A stretch of DNA of 49,721 nt from a virus (taxonomy: Duplodnaviria > Caudoviricetes). Numbering within the stretch: the stretch's first letter is position 1; each line of letters starts with the position of its first letter. A program made the translations under genes and the position numbers. This document shows, piece after piece, positions 26,850 to 35,280 of this stretch. The stretch covers positions 1 to 49,721 of the IMG/VR virus record IMGVR_UViG_3300031452_000170, one strand, 5' to 3'. The notes under the pieces were generated by a model. It was not told where the DNA came from. It worked only from the letters and a program-made list of their open reading frames with translations, and searched no databases.

Positions 26850-27423
26850 CCCGGCGGTACGCTCCCCTCTCGTGGAGGACGAGTGGGAGAACCGCGGTCT
26901 GCACCGCCGGGTGCGGGCCCTCGAGGAAAGGATGAGGCTCATGGAGGCATCACAGGCTCAGAATCAGGCGCTGATCGACGCCGCGACGGCGAAGGCGGAG
27001 GCGACCGACGCCAAGCTCGTCAACGTGCAGCACGAGATCGACGCGCTCAAGACCGTTCACTCGCAGGGCCAGGCACTCGACTTCTCAAAGCTGGACGCGG
27101 CGATGGCGGCCGAGGACACCCAGGCCGATGCCAACCTTGCCGACGCGGCGCCACCTGCCCCCGCTCCGGCGCCCGCTCCGGCTCCGGCGCCGACGCCTGA
27201 GCCGGCGACCCAGAAGACGCCGTACACGTTCGCCGGGGACCCGGCCACGGTCGATCTCAACGTCTGGCCGAAGGCCAGCATCGAGACGGCAGAGGCGACC
27301 CCGCGGCCCCTGTTCAACTACAGCGGCGACACGGCACCGGGCCAGCAGAACGGCGCCAATCTCGACCGTGGGGCGTGGCAGGTCTACACGGGGGCGACGC
27401 AGCCGGTGCCGGCCGGCGGCTAG
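26830..27423 (+). CDS. Hypothetical protein: coiled coil, PA-rich linker, small aromatic C-terminal domain
   Basis: Strong coding pattern; PAPAPAPAP linker; true start may be downstream (26932 or 26941). Confidence 0.7.
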   Translation: MTEGTPDPAVRSPLVEDEWENRGLHRRVRALEERMRLMEASQAQNQALIDAATAKAEATDAKLVNVQHEIDALKTVHSQGQALDFSKLDAAMAAEDTQADANLADAAPPAPAPAPAPAPAPTPEPATQKTPYTFAGDPATVDLNVWPKASIETAEATPRPLFNYSGDTAPGQQNGANLDRGAWQVYTGATQPVPAGG

Positions 27424-27920
27424 CTGAGCGAGACGCTGATCAGCAGCCGGCTGGCGGCGAGTCCACCCTCGGGGCCGACCGGCTGCAGGCCGTCGATCAC
27501 GAACCCCTCCCCCACCCCGCTGAGCAGGTGCGCTCGGTGGATGGCGGAGGCGGCGAGGATCAGCGCTTGGGCGTCGCCGATCGTGGCCTGCCCGTCGCTG
27601 TGCTGCTCTGCGGCGGTCGGGATCTCCATCGCGGCAAACCCCTCGGTGTTGACCACCTGGATCTCCCGGACGAGGTTGACCGAGAAGCTGGCGAAGAACG
27701 TGACCGCCTCGGGGATCATCGTCTGGGCGAACGCCTGGCCGGGCTGTCCCTGCCCGACGTTCATGAGCGCCACCGTCATCTGGTCGCCGTCCCAGACGAT
27801 CAGCGACCCGGCGGCGACGTACTGACGCTCAGGCAGGCTGACGCCCTGCTCGGTGAGCTGGGCGGCGAACAGCGCGAGGATCTGCTCGGCGACGCCGGGC
27901 AGATCCTGCAGGCTGGCCAT
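27420..27920 (-). CDS. Tail terminator / head-tail completion protein
   Basis: LPERQYV..G.....D.DQ.TV and C-terminal GPEGG; position after the adaptor. Confidence 0.65.
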   Translation of the reverse strand: MASLQDLPGVAEQILALFAAQLTEQGVSLPERQYVAAGSLIVWDGDQMTVALMNVGQGQPGQAFAQTMIPEAVTFFASFSVNLVREIQVVNTEGFAAMEIPTAAEQHSDGQATIGDAQALILAASAIHRAHLLSGVGEGFVIDGLQPVGPEGGLAASRLLISVSLS

Positions 27921-28355
27921 CTACTGCGGCGGGATGACGGCCGCGGGCCCGTCGTTGCCGGCCACGACCGATCCTGGTCCTGGCACGGGACCGCCGGTGG
28001 CGAATCCGGGGGCCGGGTCGGGGGTCGCCGGCGGAACCTCCGCGGGCACATCCTCAGCCTGAGCCTCGACCTCAGCCACCGTCTGGGGCTCCGTGACGCC
28101 GAGTACCGTGTCCGGCTCGGGCCCGGCGTCGCCCTGGCTTGCCTCCTCCTCGTCCTTTCCGGGCTCGTCGGCGGGGTTCTCGTAGTGGTCACGCCAGGTC
28201 GCCAGCTCCTCGGCGAGGTCATAGTCGGAGATCGCGGCGATCCGCGCCGCGTCGGAGCGCTGGGCGTTGTCGGGTAGCGCCTCGAAGCGCCGCTGCAGCG
28301 TGTCGATCTCCTCGGGGCTGGCGCCGGCGCGGGCGTAGCGTTCACGCGGAAACAT
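27921..28355 (-). CDS. Hypothetical virion-region protein (helical N-domain, acidic/Pro-rich tail)
   Basis: ATG 28355 with GGAGG RBS; N-domain resembles that of the gene starting at 42918. Confidence 0.65.
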   Translation of the reverse strand: MFPRERYARAGASPEEIDTLQRRFEALPDNAQRSDAARIAAISDYDLAEELATWRDHYENPADEPGKDEEEASQGDAGPEPDTVLGVTEPQTVAEVEAQAEDVPAEVPPATPDPAPGFATGGPVPGPGSVVAGNDGPAAVIPPQ

Positions 28356-28638
28356 CGGAGGTGACCTCCTCGGCTGCGGGGGGCGGGGTCTTGGCGGCCT
28401 TCGGGGCCTTCGGAGCGGCCGGCGGCGGGTCGGCGGGCTCGATGGCCGCGGGCTTGCTCTTGGCCGGCTTAGGCGCGAGCTCATTGCTGTCCGCCGCGGC
28501 CTGCTCGGCGGTGGGGAACAGCTCCGGGTTGGGATGCCCGGGGCCCTGCACGCCCTGCTCACGGTTGGGTGGGGCGAGCTGCTCGGCGGAGTCCTCCTGG
28601 GCCTTGGCCCAATCGAACTGGCTCTCTGATGTGTCCAC
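28342..28638 (-). CDS. Low-complexity hypothetical protein
   Basis: AAAGGAG RBS before GTG 28638. Confidence 0.6.
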   Translation of the reverse strand: MDTSESQFDWAKAQEDSAEQLAPPNREQGVQGPGHPNPELFPTAEQAAADSNELAPKPAKSKPAAIEPADPPPAAPKAPKAAKTPPPAAEEVTSDVSA

Positions 28639-28649
28639 GAAGGCTCCTT

Positions 28650-29531
28650 TTAGCTGAGGGTGGGGTGGGCTTGACGGCGGGGGCGGCCCACGTCGGGGGA
28701 CCACACGACGCCCTGGCGCTGGTTGCGGTTCGGGTTGACCGAGAGCAGGAACGCGTCGACCTCGTAGATCCCCAGCGACTTGGACTTGAGGATGTCCTGC
28801 ACGTCGGTCGTCTGCGCGGTGACGCCCTGGCGGGAGACCTGGGTGGTGCGCCGCGGATAGTGGGAGCTGTCGCCGAGCTGGGGCAGCGCCAGGTACTCGG
28901 CGAGCTTGCGGGCGGCCAGGCTGCCGGCGGCCGGCGGCTCGATCCCGAAGGTGAACGTGACGCTGAACGTCCCCGGCTGGCTGTCGGGGAGGTCCATGAT
29001 CTGCGACGTCGGCCACCCCCACCGTTGCGTCGGGATGTAGCTCTGGGTCGGGCGGATCCGCACCAGGCTCTGGAAGTCCCGCAGCTCATACTCCACCGCC
29101 GGGATCACGACCCCGTCGATCTTGACGAGGGTCACGGCGCTGACGGGGTAGGGCAGCTTGATCGTGGGCGGGTCGACGGTGCCGTAGTGGGCGGCGATGC
29201 CGGTCATCCCGAACCCGTAGGAGGACGCCGAGCCGAACGCCGAGAACCACCCCAGCGGGGAGACGCCGCCGGCGCGAGTGTCGATGTCGGTCGGCCGCGC
29301 GACGGGACGCACCGTCGCGGGCCCGCACTCACCGGTGAACGTGCGCCCGGCCAGCTCGTAGAGGATCTCCGAGGCGGCGGTGGCCGCCTCGGCGCAGATC
29401 ACGTCAACCTGCTGCTGGGTCAGCGTCCCGGCGGCGATCGTCTTGGCGGCCTGCGCCGCGACCCACGGCAGCTGGGCGACCTGATCTGCGGTGGTCCACG
29501 GGGAGCACGGTCCACTGGCAGGTCCGCTCAC
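28650..29531 (-). CDS. Head-to-tail adaptor
   Basis: CSPW, ASEILYELAGR.F.G.C...VRP, VSRQGVT, G..EVDAFL..VNP. Confidence 0.85.
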   Translation of the reverse strand: MSGPASGPCSPWTTADQVAQLPWVAAQAAKTIAAGTLTQQQVDVICAEAATAASEILYELAGRTFTGECGPATVRPVARPTDIDTRAGGVSPLGWFSAFGSASSYGFGMTGIAAHYGTVDPPTIKLPYPVSAVTLVKIDGVVIPAVEYELRDFQSLVRIRPTQSYIPTQRWGWPTSQIMDLPDSQPGTFSVTFTFGIEPPAAGSLAARKLAEYLALPQLGDSSHYPRRTTQVSRQGVTAQTTDVQDILKSKSLGIYEVDAFLLSVNPNRNQRQGVVWSPDVGRPRRQAHPTLS

Positions 29532-29576
29532 GCGCTCCCCCTCCTCAGCCGCAGTGTCGGGCTTTATCCGACGCGC

Positions 29577-30794
29577 TTAGACGGTGGCGGGGACCGAGGA
29601 GAACCCGGCGATCGGCAGCATCGCCGTACCCACCCGGGCGCGCTGCACCACTCGTGTGGAGGCGAACGGCCAGGTGCCGAACGGCCCCGAGCCCCAGTTC
29701 GGGTTCTCGAAGCCCTGCCCCTCGTAGAGCGACTGGGTGTTGGCGTTGGTCAGGTCGCGCGCCATCACGTGCATGTTGGCCACCCGCGGCAGCACCCAGT
29801 GCCAGTAGGGCTGCACGGCGGCCTGGAAGCCGCCGAGGATCGCCTTCTCGAAGAACTCCAGGCTGACGCCGTTGGGGTTGGCCACGATCCCCATCGGCGA
29901 CGTGGCGTATCCCGCGACGCCCGGACCGGCGGTCTGGTCGACCTGCGGCACGTTGCCCGAGGGGGTGACCACGCCGGTGTCCACGAACACCGGCACGATC
30001 GCACCCGGGGCGATCGTCGTCGTGATCGACGCCGAGACCGCCACCGGCAGCGTCACCGCCCCGACCGGCGCGAACGCCGTGGTCGTGAACACGGTCTTCG
30101 GCGCGTTGGTGTCCCCGGCGATCTGGAAGGTGGTGCCCGGCGGGATCGACTGGGTCAGCGCCGTGACCGCCAGCGAGGTCACCGCGCCGGTGCCCGAGGC
30201 GGCGGAGGTGGCCTGCGCGCCGATGTTGGGGTAGGCGCCGATCAGCTGCTCGCCGCCGATGGTGCGCCCGTAGACGCGCACGCCGATCGCGCCGGCGCCC
30301 ATCGGCACCCCGGAGATGACCACCGCACCGGCGGTCCCGGAGGCGACCGAGGCGGACACGTCGTTGCTGGCGGTCGACTCCCCGAACGCGTTGTACTGAG
30401 TGACGCGGTAGCCGTAGGTGCCGGCGGCCAGCGCCCCGAGCGTGATCTGCGGGGTCACTACTAGGCCCGCCGGCGTGCCGAGCGCGGCCGCGGTGGAGCT
30501 CAGCAGCGTCCCGCCGGTGAGGATCTGCTCGATCGCCGGGTCGGGAGTACCGAAGTCCAGCGCCACCGTGTAGTACTTCGGGATGTCGCCGTGCTTGGCG
30601 AACACGACCAGATCCCCGTTGGCGTTCTTGATCGCGATGTCATCGCCGGTGTCGGCGACCGGGGTGAGCATCGCCTTGATCATCTGCGCGCTGGTGTAGG
30701 TGGGGGCGCCGGGGTTGACGAACCCGTTGGCGTCGAGGGTCGAGATGCGCATTGCGGAGACCCAGACGCTTGCTGAGCCATCGGGGAGTGCCAT
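29577..30794 (-). CDS. Major tail (tube) protein with internal Ig/FN3-like insertion
   Basis: MRISTLD..G, KNANG, NGVSLE, YWHWVLP, NPNWGSGP; internal beta-rich insert. Confidence 0.8.
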   Translation of the reverse strand: MALPDGSASVWVSAMRISTLDANGFVNPGAPTYTSAQMIKAMLTPVADTGDDIAIKNANGDLVVFAKHGDIPKYYTVALDFGTPDPAIEQILTGGTLLSSTAAALGTPAGLVVTPQITLGALAAGTYGYRVTQYNAFGESTASNDVSASVASGTAGAVVISGVPMGAGAIGVRVYGRTIGGEQLIGAYPNIGAQATSAASGTGAVTSLAVTALTQSIPPGTTFQIAGDTNAPKTVFTTTAFAPVGAVTLPVAVSASITTTIAPGAIVPVFVDTGVVTPSGNVPQVDQTAGPGVAGYATSPMGIVANPNGVSLEFFEKAILGGFQAAVQPYWHWVLPRVANMHVMARDLTNANTQSLYEGQGFENPNWGSGPFGTWPFASTRVVQRARVGTAMLPIAGFSSVPATV

Positions 30795-30885
30795 GTCTAG
30801 GGCTCCTTGGTGGTGGGGGTGGGCACGGGAGAGTGGGCTGGGTGGAGCGGGTAAACCTGGAGGCTGTGGCGGCGTATCTGCATGA

Positions 30886-32181
30886 CTAACTAGGCAGTTG
30901 AACCCTGATCCCGGCCTGCACGGCCCCGTCGAAGTAGGCGGCGGCGAACTCCTCGGCGCGGAAGCGGATGGTGTTCGGCTGGCCGCCCTGGCCGCGGTCG
31001 AGCGCCTCGGCGAAGGTGTCGGGGAACACGGTCCCCTCGTCCTCCTCGCGGACCATCGCCAGGTCGGTGATGATCATCACCGCGGTGGTGGCGGTGTTCC
31101 CCCCGCCGATCTGGGCGGCGGTGCCGGGGTAGCCGACACCCGGGACGATGATGTTGTCGAACACGTCGAGCAGCAGCGGGCCGACGCGACGGGCGCTCAG
31201 GAGGTTCGGGGTGGTCTGCGGCTGGCAGTGGATCATCGCCTGCCCCCCGAATCCGAAGTTGGCGGCGTAGTCCTGCAGGATCTGCTGGCCGCGGGCGACC
31301 GACGGCGGGGTCACCGGTGTCAGGTCGACGAGGTGCGCGTCGGTGAGGTAGCGGTTCGGCCACCCCTTCGCCTGCGCGAGCGCCCCCGTCCAGAGCTCCT
31401 GCTCGATCGCCTGCGCCGCGGCGTTCTTGAGCAACCTGAGGGCCCGGCCCTTGAAGTCGCGCTCCTCGAAGCCCCAAGTGGAGCAGGAGTCCTCGGCGAC
31501 GACGAGGAACGGCACCACCGTGTTGATCGGCAGGTTCCCGTACTGCCCCACCCCGCCGGTGGTGTTGCTCGACGGGACGGTGGCGCCCGGGGTGGCGGCG
31601 CCGGTGTCGGTGAACGTGGGGGTCTGGTCGCGGTCGAACGGGCCGACGCTCCCGAGCAGCCCGATGGCGCCGGCGGTGCGCCCGTAGACGTTGTAGGTGA
31701 CCCCGGCGGAGTCCGAGACGGGCGTCCAGGTGAGGGTCACCGAGCCGGTGGCGCCGGTGGTGGGCACCGTGATCGCCGGCAGGCTGGTGGTCTGCCCGTT
31801 GGCGTTGACCGCGGTGACCTGGTAGGCGCTGGTGCCGGCCGCCAACGTGCCACCGGTGGTGTGCGCGGCGAGCGCCAGCCCGGCCGGTGCGCTCAGGGCG
31901 GGCAGGTCGACGGTGGTGAAGTCGCACGGGTCGTGGACCTGCGCCGGATAGTGGTTCTCCGGGGCGTAGGTGAACCCGCGCGTCCACGCCTCCCCCTGGC
32001 GGGCGCGCAGCTCCGCGGCGAGGTCGTCGGGAAGCAGCGCGAGCTGCTCGTCGGCGATCTGGAAGACCGGGTTGGCGGGGTCAGAGCTCGACCCGGGCCT
32101 GACAGCGGAGGTGAGCAGCGAGACCTGCGGCGGGCGCGGCGGGATCGCCGGAACGACGACCCCGGGGTAGATGCCTGCCAT
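30886..32181 (-). CDS. Minor capsid / decoration protein with internal Ig/FN3-like insertion
   Basis: Directly after the MCP; W..G.TY.P..., PF.V...D.CS, AIEQELWTG. Confidence 0.7.
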   Translation of the reverse strand: MAGIYPGVVVPAIPPRPPQVSLLTSAVRPGSSSDPANPVFQIADEQLALLPDDLAAELRARQGEAWTRGFTYAPENHYPAQVHDPCDFTTVDLPALSAPAGLALAAHTTGGTLAAGTSAYQVTAVNANGQTTSLPAITVPTTGATGSVTLTWTPVSDSAGVTYNVYGRTAGAIGLLGSVGPFDRDQTPTFTDTGAATPGATVPSSNTTGGVGQYGNLPINTVVPFLVVAEDSCSTWGFEERDFKGRALRLLKNAAAQAIEQELWTGALAQAKGWPNRYLTDAHLVDLTPVTPPSVARGQQILQDYAANFGFGGQAMIHCQPQTTPNLLSARRVGPLLLDVFDNIIVPGVGYPGTAAQIGGGNTATTAVMIITDLAMVREEDEGTVFPDTFAEALDRGQGGQPNTIRFRAEEFAAAYFDGAVQAGIRVQLPS

Positions 32182-32219
32182 CTCTCTAGCTCACCGCCCG
32201 TCAGCCTGCCCGTGGGGGC

Positions 32220-33944
32220 TCAGGCGCAGAGGCCGGAGGTGGACACCGACCCGGCGGCCTGTCCGTTGGCGCACAGCGCGGTGACCATCTGCAGCGCCCC
32301 GTTGTTGAAGCCGCGGAACGCCAGGCCCTCGAACGTCTCGACGAACGTCTCGAAGTCGTTGGTGGCATCGAGCGTCGAGTCGCGGACGACGCCGAGATCC
32401 AGGCGCCCACCGTCGAGGAACTGCATCTGCCCCTCGGGGAACAGGTACCACACCAGCTTGGCGGGGAAGGTGAGGATCTGCCCGGCGGCCTGCAGCCCGT
32501 AGGCCTGGCTGACGCCACCGGAGAGGCCGGCGGCGGGCTGACCGTCGAGGTGGAAGACGGGGTTGATGCCGGCATTGGTGAACAGCGACTCGACCTGCTC
32601 GTCGGAGATCGACAGCGAGTTCCAGGAGCTGTCCTGCTGGTGGGCGGCCTCCCGGGCCAGGTCGGCGCGGATCAGCTCCTTGACCCAGTCGGGGAAGATC
32701 GCGGTCATCGTCTGCGTCCGCGGGATCCGGTGCGCGTTGCGGTAGCCGGCCAGCGCCTCGTAGATGGTGGAGAGGAGGTCGCGGGTGGCGCCGAGGTTGG
32801 TGGTGGCCACCGGGGCGGTCACCCCTGGCACGCACGCTGCGGCGATCAGGTTCAGCAGGTTGTTCTCAGCCACGCGGGCGGCGGCGTCCATCGCCAGGTC
32901 GGTGAACGCGGCGACCTGCTCCGGGCTGAAGCGGGCCTGCATGTTCCCGAACCCGAGGCGGGTGGAGACCGCCTCGACGTAGACGAGCTCCTCGGTGCCG
33001 CACTGGATGGTGGCGATCGGCTTGGTCGCGGCGCCGGGGGAGGCGTCGGTCGCCTCGGTCCAGATGCCGGTCGCCGCGGCCGCGACGGCAATGTCGGGCG
33101 GCTGCACGAAGCGGATCCCGCCGCGGGTGGCCTCGAAGCTCGGCAGGCTGTCGCGCAGCGGCCGGTCGGCCGTCGACCATGTCGGCACGCTGTAGTCGAC
33201 GTTCACCGGCAGGCAGATCCCGCCGGTGGCGGTCAGGGCGTTGACGGCGTCCATCTTTGAGGAGTTCTCGAAGGCGTCGGAGCCCAGGCGCCGCTCCTCG
33301 GGGTACTCGTAGCGGACAGAGGCGAGGAGCACGTCGCCTCGGGGGGCGCCGTGGCGCGGCAGGCGCTGCAGCGTCTCGGTCATCGCCCGCGCCAGCTCGG
33401 TGCGGTTCTCGATCGGGGCGGAGGGGTCGCGCAGGCCGCGCAGCGCGCCGGTGGCGGTCAGCACCGCCCGGTTGCGGGCGGGGGTGGTGACTTCGGGGCC
33501 GGGGATCGGCTGGGCCTGGCGGGCGGCCATCCGGGCGACGGCGCCACCGGAGGCGGCAACCGGTACGGGGGCGGCGTCGGCGGGCGCCGGCTCACCTTCG
33601 GCAGCGGCGGGCTCGCCCTCGGTGTCAGCTGCGGGCTCGCTCTCGCCTTCGGCGGCCGGGGTCTCCTCGGTCTCTTCCTCGGCGGGCGGGTTCAGCGCCC
33701 GGATCCGCTCGCGGGCGGCCTCACGGTCGGCCTGGGCCTGGGCCTGGGCGGCGTCGCGGCTTGACTGCTCGGCCATGACCTGCTCGCCGAACCCGGCGAG
33801 CTCCTGCAGCAGCGCGACGTCCTCGACGGAGGCCTCGTCGGTGTCCAGGCGCTCGGCCTCGGCGACGATCGCGGCGCGCAGCTGCGCGAGCTCGTCCGCG
33901 TTCAGGGTGGCAAGGCGGGCCAGCAGTTCGCGGATCGTCTCCAT
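32220..33944 (-). CDS. Major capsid protein with N-terminal scaffold-like domain
   Basis: Acidic coiled-coil N-terminus; LTATGGICLP, RDSLPSFEATRGG, LDLGVVRDSTL.ATND...F.E.FEG. Confidence 0.9.
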   Translation of the reverse strand: METIRELLARLATLNADELAQLRAAIVAEAERLDTDEASVEDVALLQELAGFGEQVMAEQSSRDAAQAQAQADREAARERIRALNPPAEEETEETPAAEGESEPAADTEGEPAAAEGEPAPADAAPVPVAASGGAVARMAARQAQPIPGPEVTTPARNRAVLTATGALRGLRDPSAPIENRTELARAMTETLQRLPRHGAPRGDVLLASVRYEYPEERRLGSDAFENSSKMDAVNALTATGGICLPVNVDYSVPTWSTADRPLRDSLPSFEATRGGIRFVQPPDIAVAAAATGIWTEATDASPGAATKPIATIQCGTEELVYVEAVSTRLGFGNMQARFSPEQVAAFTDLAMDAAARVAENNLLNLIAAACVPGVTAPVATTNLGATRDLLSTIYEALAGYRNAHRIPRTQTMTAIFPDWVKELIRADLAREAAHQQDSSWNSLSISDEQVESLFTNAGINPVFHLDGQPAAGLSGGVSQAYGLQAAGQILTFPAKLVWYLFPEGQMQFLDGGRLDLGVVRDSTLDATNDFETFVETFEGLAFRGFNNGALQMVTALCANGQAAGSVSTSGLCA

Positions 33945-34242
33945 CTCAAGGCTCCTAGATGCTGCGCCCGAGAAGGTTCGGGCTGGGTGGGGTTCGGTCG
34001 GGCGGAGTTGGGCTATGCCGTTCCGGTCCAGGAGCCGCCTATGGCGACATGGCTAACACTAGGGGCAGGGCAAAGAAAACCGACCGGCGGCTATCCGAGG
34101 GAGGGAGAGGCGGCGGATGAACGGGCCGAGGCAGCACCCGCCGGCGCGGAAGACCCACAGGATCCGCTTGCCGCAGATCGGGCAGCGCGGGCGATCGATC
34201 ACCGGACGAGCACCATCGCCAGCACGGGGACCAGCAGCGTGA

Positions 34243-34371
34243 TCCAAGCAGCCCGGCACGTCGGTTTACCACGACAACAACCAGTGCACTGAGGGCAACA
34301 ACATCGAGGCGTCGAACCGCGAGAGCGGTACCGGTGGGCACCCGAAGTGCGATCACTGCAAGCGCCTCTGA
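34243..34371 (+). pseudogene. 5'-truncated small Cys/His protein (VYHDNNQCTEGNNIE...GTGG.PKCDHC)
   Basis: Protein-like 42-codon frame with H/C/CxxC ligands, preceded by an in-frame TGA and lacking a start codon. Confidence 0.55.
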
Positions 34372-34637
34372 GCGAAAGTCAGTTCCCAGTAGGGGCCGGT
34401 CGGCTCGCCGTCGATTATCGACCAGTATCGGCGAAGGTCGGAGACAGGGAATCCACGTTGTAAGGCGACGGCGAGGGCACGGAAGCCCTCGCCTCGCTCG
34501 CCGTGGAACCTGACGGTTGGCTCTGGCATTGAGTGACCCTCGCCGCCTTCGCAAGACTCGAACGTCTCAACGCCCGCAGCGGCCAGCGTTTCAACGTAGT
34601 CTTTGATGCCAGGGTCCAGCGGGGCGTAGACCCTCAT
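34353..34637 (-). CDS. Hypothetical protein with TYW3-like D..I...V..L...G.ET.ESCEG motif
   Basis: LDPGIKDYVETLAAAGVETFESCEGG; more A/T-ending codons than flanks. Confidence 0.7.
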   Translation of the reverse strand: MRVYAPLDPGIKDYVETLAAAGVETFESCEGGEGHSMPEPTVRFHGERGEGFRALAVALQRGFPVSDLRRYWSIIDGEPTGPYWELTFAQRRLQ

Positions 34638-34921
34638 CGCTCGGCCCTTCGCGCCAAGCGAGTTTCGCCAATCGTTTCGCCAAACCCTCCTAGTCCGTGT
34701 GGTTGGCCCGGTACGTGTGGCCGGGGGCCGCCCGCGCCGTGAGGGTCGACTCCGGTTCGGGACCCATCTGGTCGCCGGGTGCTCAGGCGTCGTTGGGCAG
34801 CTATTGGACGCAGCGCCTCGAACTCGTCGACGTCCATGTCCGGGGAGCGCTCGTACAGCGCGCGGACCTCGTCCTCCCAGGTGAGTCGGCGGGGCGGGGC
34901 GGTGGGCTTCTGCCAGCCCAT
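34634..34921 (-). CDS. Hypothetical protein
   Basis: ATG 34921; ATGA overlap with the next gene. Confidence 0.5.
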   Translation of the reverse strand: MGWQKPTAPPRRLTWEDEVRALYERSPDMDVDEFEALRPIAAQRRLSTRRPDGSRTGVDPHGAGGPRPHVPGQPHGLGGFGETIGETRLARRAER

Positions 34922-34931
34922 GGCTGCGGCC

Positions 34932-35240
34932 CTACAGCTCCAGGCGCGTCTGGATGTTGCGCAGCCGGTGGTTGAGCGTCTGGATCCCCTCGCAGTTGCG
35001 TCGCAGCTGCGTGGCGACGGGGCTGGTCTCCTTGTGGACTTCGGCAAGCAGCCCCAGCTCGGGGGTCTGACCGGCGGAGATCGGGATCAGGCGGTTCTCT
35101 AGCTGGTCGGCGAGTGCGTGAGCCTCGTGGATCGCGTCCTCGACCTCGGCCAGTTCGCTTTCGATCGGGCTCCGCTCTCGGGCCTCGTCATGAACCTCGG
35201 CCCTCTTACGTACCTCGGCTGTGTTCATCGTTTGGGGCAT
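34932..35240 (-). CDS. Coiled-coil hypothetical protein
   Basis: AAAGGAG RBS; heptad pattern. Confidence 0.7.
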   Translation of the reverse strand: MPQTMNTAEVRKRAEVHDEARERSPIESELAEVEDAIHEAHALADQLENRLIPISAGQTPELGLLAEVHKETSPVATQLRRNCEGIQTLNHRLRNIQTRLEL

Positions 35241-35280
35241 GGATTGCGCTCCTTTGCTGCGGGGATGGACTGGGGAACAG

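Noticed and set aside
26500-27423. Invertible segment flipped by the second recombinase
   Set aside because: No inverted repeats found at the boundaries
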